Assembly: GCA_963775555.1 (NCBI GenBank)
Contig: CAVZJJ010000003.1
Location: 116,813-180,812 of the forward strand
DNA length: 64,000 nucleotides
Direction of reading: 5' to 3'
From: an uncultured Bacteroidota bacterium
Lineage (GTDB): Bacteria; Bacteroidota; Bacteroidia; AKYH767-A; 2013-40CM-41-45
Numbering within the stretch: position 1 is the stretch's first letter; each line of letters opens with the position of its first letter. The position numbers and the translations under genes are program-made. The notes below the pieces were generated by a model, which worked only from the letters and a program-made list of their open reading frames with translations, was not told where the DNA came from and made no database searches. Below are positions 1-10,489 of the stretch, in pieces.

Positions 1-29
1 AGAAGGATTTAATTTTAGATGGTAATGAT

Positions 30-1091
30 ATGGTTCCTAGTTTTAATTATGATCCATTTTACATAATCGTTGAGACTTGTAAAAAGTACGATGAATTATT
101 AAGTAATAGACCCGAATTCCGCTTAGAAAGCTCAATATCTCCGGTAACAAACAAGGATAGTGAAAAAACGCAGTTTGTTAACTTTTCAGATGATCGGATC
201 TTTATTAAATTTATTAAGGAAGCAGTTACGAGTTCTAACGATAGTCTTTTAAAAAAGCAAATATTTATTTTGCAGCAGCAACATACTCTGGATTCAATTG
301 AAATGGCGAAGAAAGTTGCTGCATCAGGTTCGAATCAATTTTTAAATGTTAATTACCTCTTTCCCATATTATTTTCATTAAATGGATTTGATGAATCTAA
401 TAGTAAATATAATCTTGAGAGTAGTATCTCCTTTTCATTAGACTTCAACTATTTCCAAGCCAAACATAAAACTGGTGCAGGAATTGAAATCAATGTTTGT
501 CAAACAAACTTTAATTTATTATCAAAGAACGGACTCGCCGATACAATACCTTGGGCGCTGACAGATTCTGCCGGTGATCCGTTCAAAGGATTTATTTACA
601 CAGGTAATATTGAAGAAAGTGTGTCGTTAACAACATTTAGTGTCATACCTCATGTTTCAATTAACATTCAACCGTTTAGTCCTAAATGGTTTATACTTTT
701 CAGTCCCGGTATAAAGTTTTCGACCGTCCTGTCAGCCAGTTATCATGTAACAAATGGTAATTTGTTGCATGGGGGTTTATATACTCAAAGTGGTACGGAT
801 ACTGTCTTCAATGACATACAGAGTTTCAATACAGATAAAAAACAGTTGAATATAAAAAGTGAATTGATGTCCTTATCTCTCCCGATTACCTTATATTATA
901 AGTATAGAGAAAAATGGCATTTTAATTTGGGAGTTAATTATGAGCTTGGACTTTCAAATATCCTGAATGATGAATTAAAAAATAATGTGGTTTCTTTCAG
1001 TCAAAATGATTACAAGAGTTTATTATATAGTCAAGATAAAATTATAATCAATTCATTGAGCCTTAGAATCGGCATCGCTTATTTATTTTAG
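30..1091 (+). CDS. Putative outer-membrane beta-barrel protein; 5' end may lie outside the window
   Basis: 353-aa ORF. There is no in-frame stop between nt 3 and the first ATG, so the gene may start upstream of the window. It has alternating beta-strand-like segments and a C-terminus ...LRIGIAYLF ending in Phe, as in OM barrels. No specific family recognised. Confidence 0.35.
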   Translation: MVPSFNYDPFYIIVETCKKYDELLSNRPEFRLESSISPVTNKDSEKTQFVNFSDDRIFIKFIKEAVTSSNDSLLKKQIFILQQQHTLDSIEMAKKVAASGSNQFLNVNYLFPILFSLNGFDESNSKYNLESSISFSLDFNYFQAKHKTGAGIEINVCQTNFNLLSKNGLADTIPWALTDSAGDPFKGFIYTGNIEESVSLTTFSVIPHVSINIQPFSPKWFILFSPGIKFSTVLSASYHVTNGNLLHGGLYTQSGTDTVFNDIQSFNTDKKQLNIKSELMSLSLPITLYYKYREKWHFNLGVNYELGLSNILNDELKNNVVSFSQNDYKSLLYSQDKIIINSLSLRIGIAYLF

Positions 1092-1402
1092 ATGTTTGGA
1101 TCAACAACATATTCTTTTAGATGATTTAAACAGGGTGTCTCACAGCCATTGATAATTAAAAAAATATTCCAATGACAGATTGGGATAACATTTAAATTAT
1201 ATTTTAAAAAGTATTTGCTTATAAAATATAAGGCCATGAATTCTCAAGATGTTAACTACTCGGTGTTTAAAATTTGCAACCAATTTGTGCTTCCAATTAA
1301 AATCATCCTTACAGTTTCTCTTTTGTTTATGAGGTTCCATTCTACTGTCTGTCTAAACACTTTTGTTAGCAAACTATCCGAATAATAAATCAATCACACA
1401 CC

Positions 1403-3040
1403 ATGAAAAAAATTACAACCTTTTGCATCTTCCTATTGTTTGTTCAATTGACATCTGCGCAACTTGCTACTTGGGCCCGAACCGGAGGTGGAAGCGGAAA
1501 TGATGAAGTCCATTCCATTTCGGCTCATCCTTCCGGTACTTCATTTGTATGCGGCAATTTTTATAGTCCCTGTGCTTTTGATTCATTGCAACTTGCACTG
1601 CCGGATACCGCGAATGCTTTTATTGCGAAAATTTCCGACACTGGATCTACACTCTGGCTGAAATATTTTCCGACACCAGGTAATAGTTATGGTTCGGTAG
1701 GTAGTGTTGCTGCTGCATGGGATGGAGGATGTTTTATTACAGGTATATGGACAGACACAATCTTGCTGGATTCAACTTTATTTGTTGCAAGCGGAGCAGC
1801 TAATCGTTTCTTTGCAAGGTTGTCCCAAAATGGATCGGTACTATGGGCCAAACGTGCAATTGGAGTAGCTAATAGTCTTGTCTCTGCAGTGGCTACTAAT
1901 CAGCAGGGAGACGTTTATTTCACGGGTCATTACTCCGATAGTATATCAATTGATACAACAACAATTACTAACCCATTTGTAGGAGGCTACGGGGGTTCAT
2001 TCATAGCCAAGTTTGATTCAACGGGCATGCTTATCTGGCTGAATAATCTGCAAGGAAGTTTTAACCTAATTAATGACATCGCCCTTGATCCGAAAGAAAA
2101 TGTAGTTGTTATAGGTTACTTTGGCTCTCTAGCAGTATTTGACACTGTTCAATTGACAAACCTAGGAAATAATCAAATGTTTATTGCCAAATATGACAGT
2201 GCAGGTCGATTCTTATGGGTTAGACAGGATGGTGGGGTATCCGAGGTAAAGGGTGCGGGTATTGCAATTTGTCCAAATAATGATATCGTGGTAACCGGAA
2301 GCTATACTGCTCCTTTTGCAACTTTTGATACGATCACCATTCCGTATTTAAGCGGGGATGATTTTAGCGGTTTTGTTGCACGGTATGACCAGGACGGGAA
2401 CATCAAATGGGTGAATTACCAATCCAGTATACATGGCGATGTCTGGAATTATGTAGTAAGCACAGGAACCGGAAATGCAATTTACTTTAGCGGATTTTAT
2501 TATGATACACTTTACTTTTCGAATGGCGGTTTTATGGAAACGGGACCGGCAAGTTATATAGCTTCTTGTGATGTTGATGGGAATATGTTATGGGTCAGGA
2601 AATTTGTGGGTGGCGATTTTAACTTTGATTTTTCAATTGACACAAGTCAACGCATTTACATAAGTGGAATTTTTCGTGACAGCATTATTATCACCCCTTA
2701 TCAATTTACTTCGCAGGGTAATTCAGACTTTTTCTTTGCCCAAATCGGGGCGTCAACGGTTAGCATTCAGGAAAATGATGGAGGTTACGAGATGGTCGTT
2801 AGTCCAAATCCTTCGAATGGGAATTTCATACTCACCCTTGCTGATGATAAATTTGAAAGTGGTGTCATGCAGATTTACAATGAACTTGGTGCCCTTATTT
2901 TTCAACGCAAGCTTAATTACAGCGAACAAACAAGAAGAATTGAATTCAATTTGGATCAGGGAATTAAATCCGGTCTCTATATGATCGTTTTGATTAATAA
3001 AGATAAACGATATACAAAAAGAATTGTACTGGGTAGGTAA
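1403..3040 (+). CDS. Secreted beta-propeller (SBBP-like) repeat protein with T9SS C-terminal sorting domain
   Basis: Signal peptide MKKITTFCIFLLFVQLTSAQ. Repeated G-x-F/Y...D..G motifs typical of SBBP propeller repeats. C-terminal ~80 aa (VVSPNPSNGNFILTL...GLYMIVLINKDKRYTKRIVL) matches the T9SS CTD pattern. Confidence 0.6.
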   Translation: MKKITTFCIFLLFVQLTSAQLATWARTGGGSGNDEVHSISAHPSGTSFVCGNFYSPCAFDSLQLALPDTANAFIAKISDTGSTLWLKYFPTPGNSYGSVGSVAAAWDGGCFITGIWTDTILLDSTLFVASGAANRFFARLSQNGSVLWAKRAIGVANSLVSAVATNQQGDVYFTGHYSDSISIDTTTITNPFVGGYGGSFIAKFDSTGMLIWLNNLQGSFNLINDIALDPKENVVVIGYFGSLAVFDTVQLTNLGNNQMFIAKYDSAGRFLWVRQDGGVSEVKGAGIAICPNNDIVVTGSYTAPFATFDTITIPYLSGDDFSGFVARYDQDGNIKWVNYQSSIHGDVWNYVVSTGTGNAIYFSGFYYDTLYFSNGGFMETGPASYIASCDVDGNMLWVRKFVGGDFNFDFSIDTSQRIYISGIFRDSIIITPYQFTSQGNSDFFFAQIGASTVSIQENDGGYEMVVSPNPSNGNFILTLADDKFESGVMQIYNELGALIFQRKLNYSEQTRRIEFNLDQGIKSGLYMIVLINKDKRYTKRIVLGR

Positions 3041-3185
3041 ATAAATTTAAAGGTTTTTAATAGCCCTATAAAAGCAATCTAATAAATCACATCAGACAGT
3101 TAGAACAAAACAATTTTGAATCTAACCTACACAAATAAAGTTCAAATTAAATCATGAGAAACATAAAACAATTAAAAAGTTAAAG

Positions 3186-3971
3186 ATGAAAAAAACTATA
3201 ATTCTTGCCTTGGGCATTTTCTGGTTTTCCCTCACTTTTGCTTCTGCTCAGTGCAATGTAAGTGTTGTTCAAATTGTACAACCAAGCATCCAGAGCGGAT
3301 TTTTAATCAACTATATAGTAGGAGTAAATACCGGAGCAGATGCACAAATTTGGGTTCAACACAGATCGATATTTAGTGATTACAGGGAGCTTTGGTATGT
3401 GGAACCACCAGCTACCTTACCCGACACGTGTACCGGATTTATTTATGCTCATCAAAAAGACACTGCACTAATGTTAGCAGGAGAAATTTTCCAATTTCAG
3501 GGTTTTCTGTTAGAAGGCGACACTTTATTATACCAAACAGCAATAAAAAGCTATATGAAACCACCTGGAAAACGATACATTCCAAGATCGCCATTTCACA
3601 CGCTAAAAGAAATGGGCATTAATCCAACAGTCATCATTAATGCTGATGCATTAAAGAACGCACAGGGTGTTGTAGATTTTAGCAATTTAAGGTTTGGAAC
3701 CGGCGATGATGAAATTGAAACAGATGAAAATTCCGTGCTAGATGAAATTTTATTTGGAAAACTTGGCAATGGTTTTTCCATTAAAAACCCATTACAGTTG
3801 CCTCTCAAAGTTTCTGTTTTTGATACGAGTGGTAAAATGCTAAACATACCTGAAACCATCGAATCGACCGAATATCGGTTTTCATCACCAGGAATACTCA
3901 AAGCCGGCCTGTATCTTATAAAAATTGATTATAAAAATTCTTCAAGGACAGAAAAATTGTTTATTCTGTAG
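3186..3971 (+). CDS. Secreted protein of unknown function with T9SS-type C-terminal domain
   Basis: Signal peptide MKKTIILALGIFWFSLTFASAQ. C-terminus (LKVSVFDTSGKML...GLYLIKIDYKNSSRTEKLFIL) resembles a T9SS CTD. Confidence 0.5.
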   Translation: MKKTIILALGIFWFSLTFASAQCNVSVVQIVQPSIQSGFLINYIVGVNTGADAQIWVQHRSIFSDYRELWYVEPPATLPDTCTGFIYAHQKDTALMLAGEIFQFQGFLLEGDTLLYQTAIKSYMKPPGKRYIPRSPFHTLKEMGINPTVIINADALKNAQGVVDFSNLRFGTGDDEIETDENSVLDEILFGKLGNGFSIKNPLQLPLKVSVFDTSGKMLNIPETIESTEYRFSSPGILKAGLYLIKIDYKNSSRTEKLFIL

Positions 3972-3978
3972 ATTAGAT

Positions 3979-4119
3979 GGATAATCCGGATAGCCTGACC
4001 ACCTTTTTCCTATTAGAATCAATAAATTCTGGGATATCAATGAGTAATTAAGGCCAAAATACATAAATTTATCTTCCTTTACGAAAGCGAATTTATTGGC
4101 CCAGATATCCGGATTATCC
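3979..4119. repeat. MITE-like repeat, copy 1 (141 bp) with 12-bp perfect terminal inverted repeats
   Basis: Starts GGATAATCCGGA and ends TCCGGATTATCC. Internal blocks (TGACCACCTTTT, GGGATAT, TGAGTAATTAA, CTTTACGAAAG, GAATTTA) are shared with the copy at 4288-4431. Confidence 0.6.
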
Positions 4120-4287
4120 CATTTGGCCATATCAGAACTGATGTCTATTTTGATGAAAAAGAGGAATACAAAACTTAAGAGTCAAAAAAAAGAATTTGTA
4201 TATTTCATTCCCATGAGACGAAAGGAGCGGACTAAAATTATTCATCGAACCACTGATCATGATGTATTATACTCGTTGTCCACTTAT

Positions 4288-4431
4288 GGATAATCCGGAT
4301 GGTTTGACCACCTTTTCTGTTTAGCACTGACCATTTAATTCCGGGATATTACTGAGTAATTAAAGCTAAATTAAGGAAATTTACCTTTCTTTACGAAAGG
4401 GAATTTACTAGTCAAGATGTCCGGATTATCC
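4288..4431. repeat. MITE-like repeat, copy 2 (144 bp), same termini as copy 1
   Basis: Same GGATAATCCGGA...TCCGGATTATCC termini and the same ordered internal blocks. Roughly 70% identical to copy 1 by eye. Ends 20 nt upstream of the helicase ATG. Confidence 0.6.
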
Positions 4432-4451
4432 AGTTTGTACCTGTTTTTGAT

Positions 4452-6705
4452 ATGAAATATACCTCAGACCAAATAGAAGCCATAAACACCCTTGATAAGA
4501 ACCTCCTTATCATCGCCTGTGCTGGTTCTGGAAAGACGCAAGTTATTTCCGAGAGGATCATTAACATATTAAGACAAGGAACACCTCCGGCTAAAATAAT
4601 AGCATTCACCTACACAGAGAAGGCCGCTGGCGAGTTACAAGCCCGCATATTAAAGCTCTGCAGGGAACAATTGCCAGACCTTAAAGGATTGGCCGAAATG
4701 TATATCGGAACCATTCATGCCTGGTGTCTGAATGTATTGCAGGATTACAATTATGACTTTCAAAAGTTCTCCGTCCTCGATGAAATAAAGCTTAAGCTTT
4801 TTGTTGAGCGAAAGTTTGGAATCATCGGAATGAAGGACCTGAATATGGAAAGGTTCAAGGACACCGGATATTTCATTCAACTAATGAGTATTCTCAGGGA
4901 AGCTGAGTTTCACAATCGCGCTGATGTACCGGGTGAGCTTTTTACTTCACTGGAAAAATATGAAAACACGCTCATGGAAAGTTGTTACCTCGACTTCACC
5001 ATGATAATGACGAAGGCTTATCAGTTCATGAAGCACGATAAAGGTTTCCGGAACAGGATTAAGAAAAACCTGGGCTATCTCATTGTAGACGAGTACCAAG
5101 ATGTGAATCCGATCCAGGAGTTGCTTGTGCGGGAATTGTATGAGCTTGGAACTAATACATGTGTTGTTGGGGACGATGACCAGACGATTTTCCAGTGGCG
5201 TGGATCAGACATAGACTACATCCAACATTTTAAAGACCGTTACAATAACGTAAAAGAAGTTATTCTGAACGATAACTTCAGAAGCTCAAAGGCAATTGTC
5301 GATGTAGCTCTGAAAGTTATTACGAATAATTCAGCCCGCCTTCCAAAGCAAATGGTTGCGAAAGGATTTCAGGCATATGAAAAAGGCGATATTTTATATA
5401 ATCAGTTTGACTCAGTTGAAGCAGAAAATCAGTTCATCGTTCAATCAATACGCAATTTACGAGGCATAGCATTTCGAGATAAACCGGATTTGTCGCCTCG
5501 TGGTCTTGATTACTCCGACTGCGTTATCTTGGTCCGGAAATGGAAAAAGGCTGATGCCATTATTGAAGCATTGCAGGCTGCACAAATACCATTCATAGTA
5601 AGTGGGGTTAATAATCTTTTCCAGAGACCGGAGGTAAATGCTGCAAGAGCAATTTTCATGTATCTGAATAATCAGCTTGATCCGGACACTCTGAAGCACC
5701 ACTGGTTATCTCTTAGTGATAAAGTAAGCGAACAAAAATTAAATGATGCTATTTCTTATCTCGATAAGAATAAACCTCATAAGGAGATGTATTATGAGCG
5801 ATTTAATATTCAGGCGATCTATCAGAACTTTCTCGATAAAGCAGGTATCCGTGAAGACATATTTCAGAGTGATGAAAGTGAGGTTACAGGATTTAACAAT
5901 GAGGAAATTATTTTCTATAACCTAGGTATGTTTAGCCAGATTATACATGATTTCGAAAGCATTTATTTCACGTATCCTCCTGACAGAAAGATTTCAACGT
6001 TCCTAAATTTTCTGATCTACTCCGCGTCTGAATATTATCCGGAAGGTTGGCAAAATAATACTTACAAGACTCCAAATGCAGTTCAGATCATGACGGTTTA
6101 CCAGGCAAAGGGTTTGGAGTTTCCTGTTGTGTTTGTACCGGGATTGAATAAAAATTATTTGCCTTCCAAACAACCGTCCGGAAAACAGGTATGGCACTTT
6201 ATCGATAAACAATTAATCAAAGGTGTAGAAAGATATTTCCCAAGGCCAGAGGATGAACGGAGACTAATGTATGTTGCTATTACAAGATCGAAAAAGTTTT
6301 TACTTATTTCTGCGTGCACCAGATGGTAGACAACAGGGGCAGGAATCAATCTTCGGTGGCGAAGTTCGCAAATCAGCTTATGTTATTATATCCCCGCAAA
6401 GAGATTATTCTGACAGACCCAATACGGAACCTAAACCATTTTTAGAGCTTACAAATATATCACTGAACTTTTCCCTGCTAAAAGCATTCTTCGACTGCCC
6501 GTACAGCTTCAAGTTCAATTCATTTTATGGTTTCATTCAACCAATTAATGCCAGGCTTGGTTTCGGATCGTCAATTCATAATTCTTTAATGGAATTGCAT
6601 AAGAAATACCTGGAAGGTGATCAGGTTGCAAAGGCACAATTAGCAGAACTGTTACAAAGACATTCCAACTATCCATTCGCTACAGAAAAGATCAGAGCAG
6701 AGTAA
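4452..6705 (+). pseudogene. UvrD/Rep-family SF1 helicase with C-terminal PD-(D/E)XK (Cas4/AddB-like) nuclease domain; frameshifted and apparently 3'-truncated
   Basis: Helicase motifs: I ACAGSGKTQV, II VDEYQDVN, V VYQAKGLEFPVVFV, VI RRLMYVAITRSKKFLLIS. The 625-aa ORF stops at 6329 and the sequence continues in another frame (6271-6705) with the nuclease-entry motif FFDCPYSFKF. That ORF ends about 60 aa later, before any D/ExK core, and overlaps the convergent TPR gene. Confidence 0.7.
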
Positions 6706-7040
6706 TCTGCAATAGCTCCATGATAATCTCCTAGGTTAGATTTTGAGTATCCGCGCAACTGATAAGCCCCAGCCTCATTTGGGTCAATCATTATCCCTTT
6801 ATCATAGTCCAATATGGCACCTCTGAAGTCCCCTAGGTCAGCTTTTGCATGTCCTCTATTAAAATACGCTGTTGCAAGATTTGGATCGATTTCTATTGAT
6901 CGCGTATAATCTAAAATTGCTCCTATAAAATCCCCTTTGTCTGCCTTATCATTTCCGAATTTGAAGAAATCAGCACTTGTTTGCGAATTACAAAATGTGC
7001 ATTTAAAAAATACGAGTAACAGTAGAATTATCTTTTTCAT
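6669..7040 (-). CDS. TPR-repeat protein with signal peptide
   Basis: Start taken at M52 of the 174-aa ORF (MKKIILLLLVFFKCTFCNSQ). Three or more 34-aa TPR units (GDFxGAILDYxxxIxIDPN). The last unit breaks off as ...AIADYSALIFSVANG, suggesting C-terminal truncation. Confidence 0.6.
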   Translation of the reverse strand: MKKIILLLLVFFKCTFCNSQTSADFFKFGNDKADKGDFIGAILDYTRSIEIDPNLATAYFNRGHAKADLGDFRGAILDYDKGIMIDPNEAGAYQLRGYSKSNLGDYHGAIADYSALIFSVANG

Positions 7041-7290
7041 GATATCCCTGTTTACTCCATCGCATCCTGACCCCTCATTCCAGCGATCCTGACCCCCTGT
7101 TCCGGGCATGCTGACCCCTGCGGAGAATTCTATTCCGGCATCCTGACCCCCCGAAATTTCATCATTCCGGCATACTGACCCCGGCATTAACATTTGATTC
7201 CGGCATACTGACCCCCGCCTTTTAATTCCATTTGGATGATGGTTTTTTCTCTAAGTGATTTGATGTACGAACCATCAAATCACGCGAACT

Positions 7291-8829
7291 ATGTCCGGAA
7301 CAACCATTCTTATGAGTCAGTTAAAACAGATCTTACGCTTAATCAGTCAATCATATAAACTGAAAGCAATCTCACGCCAGATGGGTGTGGCACGCAACAC
7401 GATAAAGGGGTATTTGCGTAATCTTGAAAGCAAAGGAATAAGTCTCGAAGAGGCTCTGAGCCTTGAAGATCCTCAGCTGGAACATCTCTTGCGAACTCCA
7501 GTAAAGTACGAACAGGAACGACATTGTGATTTATTATCACGCCTGGAATATTTTCACCAAGAAGAGAAAAAGCGACATGTTACCCGTCAACTGCTTTGGG
7601 AAGAATACAAAAGGGAATATCCTCAAGGATATCAATACTCCCGATTTTGTTATTACCTGCAATTGTATGATCGCAGTCAAAACGCGGTACTGATAAAAGA
7701 GCACTTGCCCGGAGATAAACTGTTCCTGGATTTTACAGGGGATAAAATGTATTACATCGATGATACGGGGTTAAAGATCGAATGCGAAATATTTGTTGGC
7801 ACACTGGGCTACAGTAATTACATCGCTGTACAGGCCGTACACTCACAAAAACTCCACGATGTCTTACATGCAACTGTATCGGTGATTGAACAAATCGGTG
7901 GCTGCACACAGGCTGTGGTTCCTGATAATTTAAAATCAGCAGTTACTCTTGCCGATCGATATGAACCGGTCATTAACTCTCTGTTCCTGGATCTGGCTAA
8001 TCACTACGGTATGACCGTTTTTCCGGCCAGACCACGAAAGCCAAGGGATAAAGCCAAAGTTGAGGTATCGGTTCGAATCACGTATCAGCGTTTGTTTGCT
8101 CCTTTACGAAAAATCACATTCCGCAGCTTGCAGGAGTTAAATCAGGCGCTCTTGGAGGCAGTAAAGCAATTGAATAACCGGGTGATGAAACAATACGGAT
8201 GTTCTCGCAGTGTAATGCTGGAGAGGGATGAGCGATCATTGTTAAAACCGTTGCCTTCCAATCCATATGAGCTTAAAAAGCACCTTCTATTAACCGTTCA
8301 GCAAAACTGCCATGTTTATGTAAGCAGTCAGAAAAAATACTACAGTGTCCCTTACCGGTTGATTGGTCAAAAGGTACAGGTTGTAATTACAGCGACAGTA
8401 GTCAATATTTATTATCGCGGGCAATGTGTTGCTACGCATGTCTCCAACTCCACAAGGAAATATATTACCGAGGAACAACACCTTCCCTCGCATCATCAGA
8501 TTGTACTGAAAGGCATGAATGCCGATCTGCTCCGACAACGTGCAGCGACCTATGGTGAGCCGGTTTTACAGGTAATCGAAACGGTACTAAAGAAAAGTAA
8601 GTACGCAGAGCAGGCCTATAAAACCTGTCAGGGCATTTTATCTCTTGCCTCAAAGACATCAGTTCAAACATTGATCGATGCCTGCCAGATCGCTTTGGAG
8701 TTCAACGTCTGCACGTACTCACAAATTGTCCGCATCGCAACGGGTAAATATGCAAACAGAACATTTTTCCCTGAAGAAAAACCATTGCCAAAGCATGAAA
8801 ACATACGTGGCTCATCCACTTATCAATAA
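7291..8829 (+). CDS. istA: IS21-family transposase IstA
   Basis: 512 aa with an N-terminal HTH and a DDE integrase-core-like middle region. Followed 26 nt later by istB, and lies inside the IS21 termini. Confidence 0.9.
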   Translation: MSGTTILMSQLKQILRLISQSYKLKAISRQMGVARNTIKGYLRNLESKGISLEEALSLEDPQLEHLLRTPVKYEQERHCDLLSRLEYFHQEEKKRHVTRQLLWEEYKREYPQGYQYSRFCYYLQLYDRSQNAVLIKEHLPGDKLFLDFTGDKMYYIDDTGLKIECEIFVGTLGYSNYIAVQAVHSQKLHDVLHATVSVIEQIGGCTQAVVPDNLKSAVTLADRYEPVINSLFLDLANHYGMTVFPARPRKPRDKAKVEVSVRITYQRLFAPLRKITFRSLQELNQALLEAVKQLNNRVMKQYGCSRSVMLERDERSLLKPLPSNPYELKKHLLLTVQQNCHVYVSSQKKYYSVPYRLIGQKVQVVITATVVNIYYRGQCVATHVSNSTRKYITEEQHLPSHHQIVLKGMNADLLRQRAATYGEPVLQVIETVLKKSKYAEQAYKTCQGILSLASKTSVQTLIDACQIALEFNVCTYSQIVRIATGKYANRTFFPEEKPLPKHENIRGSSTYQ

Positions 8830-8855
8830 TTGTTTAACCCTTAAAAACTGAACTC

Positions 8856-9581
8856 ATGAGTTATCAAAAATCCATTGAATTAATGCAAAACCTCAGGTTG
8901 TATGGCATGCAGGCTGCGCTGGAAGGAATCGTGCAAGGAAAGAAAACCGATGCCCTTGCAAACGATCAATTATTATCGCTACTACTTCAACAGGAATGGG
9001 ATGATAGGAATAACAGAAAAATAGAGCGGTTGACAAGGAGCGCACGCTTCCGTTACACATCGTCTCTGGCAGAGATCTCACCCGATCCCAAAAGAAATCT
9101 GACGGCTGACTTCCTGGCAAAAATCAGTACGTGTGCCTGGATAGAAAAATCCGAAAATCTGATCATCACAGGCCCTACCGGAGTGGGCAAAAGTCATATA
9201 GCATCAGCCATTGGTCATCAGTGCTGTCAGTTGGGCTTCAAGGTCACTTATCATAACACACAGAAATTATATCAATCGCTTCGTTTAGGCAGACTGGATG
9301 GAACCCACCGAAGGCAGATGCAGCACATCGCAAAGCACGATCTGTTGATTTTGGATGATTTTGGCCTGCAAAAACCCGATGAAATGGCACGGTTGGATTT
9401 ATTGGAAATCGTCGAAGATCGTCATGGCAGAAAATCTATTATTATTGCATCACAAATACCATCATCGATCTGGTATGAAATAATCGGTGAACCGACATTA
9501 GCCGATGCAATATTGGATCGGATCGTTTCCAATGCGCACCGCGTCGAACTAAACGGCGAATCACTTAGAAAAAAGAAATAA
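8856..9581 (+). CDS. istB: IS21-family helper ATPase IstB
   Basis: 241 aa. Walker A GPTGVGKSHIA, Walker B LLILDDFG. Size and position are typical of IstB. Confidence 0.9.
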   Translation: MSYQKSIELMQNLRLYGMQAALEGIVQGKKTDALANDQLLSLLLQQEWDDRNNRKIERLTRSARFRYTSSLAEISPDPKRNLTADFLAKISTCAWIEKSENLIITGPTGVGKSHIASAIGHQCCQLGFKVTYHNTQKLYQSLRLGRLDGTHRRQMQHIAKHDLLILDDFGLQKPDEMARLDLLEIVEDRHGRKSIIIASQIPSSIWYEIIGEPTLADAILDRIVSNAHRVELNGESLRKKK

Positions 9582-9762
9582 AAACAGTGCATCGTTCATT
9601 GAAATAACCTCATCCTATCAGAACAAAAAGGTGGGGTCAATATGCCGGAATTAACTTTTACAGAGGGGTCAGGATGCCCGGAATGGGGGTCAGCTTCGCT
9701 GGAATAAACATATCCCTTTCAGAATTTGGAAACTAAGTTAAGAATCATTTCCTCACACCGAT

Positions 9763-10431
9763 TTAAATATTGAGACTATATTCAGGCAAGTACACATTCT
9801 GCAACAACGAATACGAAGCCGCCGGTACATTCCTTGCTGATGGATGGTAAAAATTAATTACCCTTGCTTTCCTAAATGTTCCGGTTTGAATATGGTAAGA
9901 GTTGCTATCACTCCAAACAATTTCCGGAAAACTCTTCTTTACTAGATGATGCCAAGTTGCCAAGCCAAAAATAATAATTTCAGGATCAATAATTTCAATT
10001 TGTTTGTGAATGTACTCAATATGTTTTTGATCCTTTATTAAGTCAGTAAAATCTTGTTCGGCAGAGGTTCCTGTCCCACCACTTTTCTTTAGGTTCATTA
10101 ACGCTATTTTTTTCAGCACATCATTCTTCATTGCATTCTTTGCGGCATCAGAATAAATTGGAAATTCATTAAGGATACCATATGACCATTCAGCAATTCT
10201 ATGAGAAAATGGATATGTTGGCATAGTAGTATTCCATTCGGTCACGAAACTTCGATCCTCGTTTTTCTCGTGGTTGATAGCATTGGGTTCCTTTGTTATG
10301 AATAGAATCTTCTTATTTGCTTTGTCAAAATATTCTTCATTTGTGATTCCATCCTTGTAGAAAACCTCATTGGGATAAAATTCGCTTTTCCATCTATCAA
10401 AAAGGTCTGTGAGTTTTTCAGACTTGGTCAT
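9763..10431 (-). CDS. Hypothetical protein, possibly uracil-DNA-glycosylase-superfamily fold
   Basis: 222-aa ORF. KILFITKEPN lies at the position of UDG motif A, IALMNLKKSGG is in the middle, and INFYHPSARN resembles the HPS motif B. The call rests on this weak motif resemblance only. Confidence 0.35.
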   Translation of the reverse strand: MTKSEKLTDLFDRWKSEFYPNEVFYKDGITNEEYFDKANKKILFITKEPNAINHEKNEDRSFVTEWNTTMPTYPFSHRIAEWSYGILNEFPIYSDAAKNAMKNDVLKKIALMNLKKSGGTGTSAEQDFTDLIKDQKHIEYIHKQIEIIDPEIIIFGLATWHHLVKKSFPEIVWSDSNSYHIQTGTFRKARVINFYHPSARNVPAASYSLLQNVYLPEYSLNI

Positions 10432-10489
10432 ACTTATGTGCCTTTGGTTACTAATCTAGTTAGTTTATATTTATGGATGCAAACTTCCG

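Larger units (their letters stand above)
7049..9700 (+). mobile_element. IS21-family insertion sequence (istA-istB), 2652 bp, with multi-repeat termini and 6-bp target duplication
   Basis: Ends are TGTTTACTCCATCGCATCCTGACCCC at the left and the complement of TGTTTATTCCAGCGAAGCTGACCCCC at the right (TG...CA). Six CTGACCCC repeats lie in 7049-7216 and three GGGGTCA repeats in 9630-9695. TATCCC flanks both sides (7043-7048 and 9701-9706). Confidence 0.85.

Noticed and set aside
4096-4293. 65-aa plus-strand ORF between the two MITE-like repeats
   Set aside because: It starts inside the end of copy 1 and ends inside the start of copy 2. Composition is low-complexity and basic, and there is no start context, so it is likely spurious.
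7041-7193. N-terminal 51 codons of the 174-aa minus-strand ORF (MLMPGSVCRNDEISGG...)
   Set aside because: This stretch is a read-through of the IS21 left terminal repeats (CTGACCCC array). The real TPR protein starts at the signal-peptide Met at 7040.
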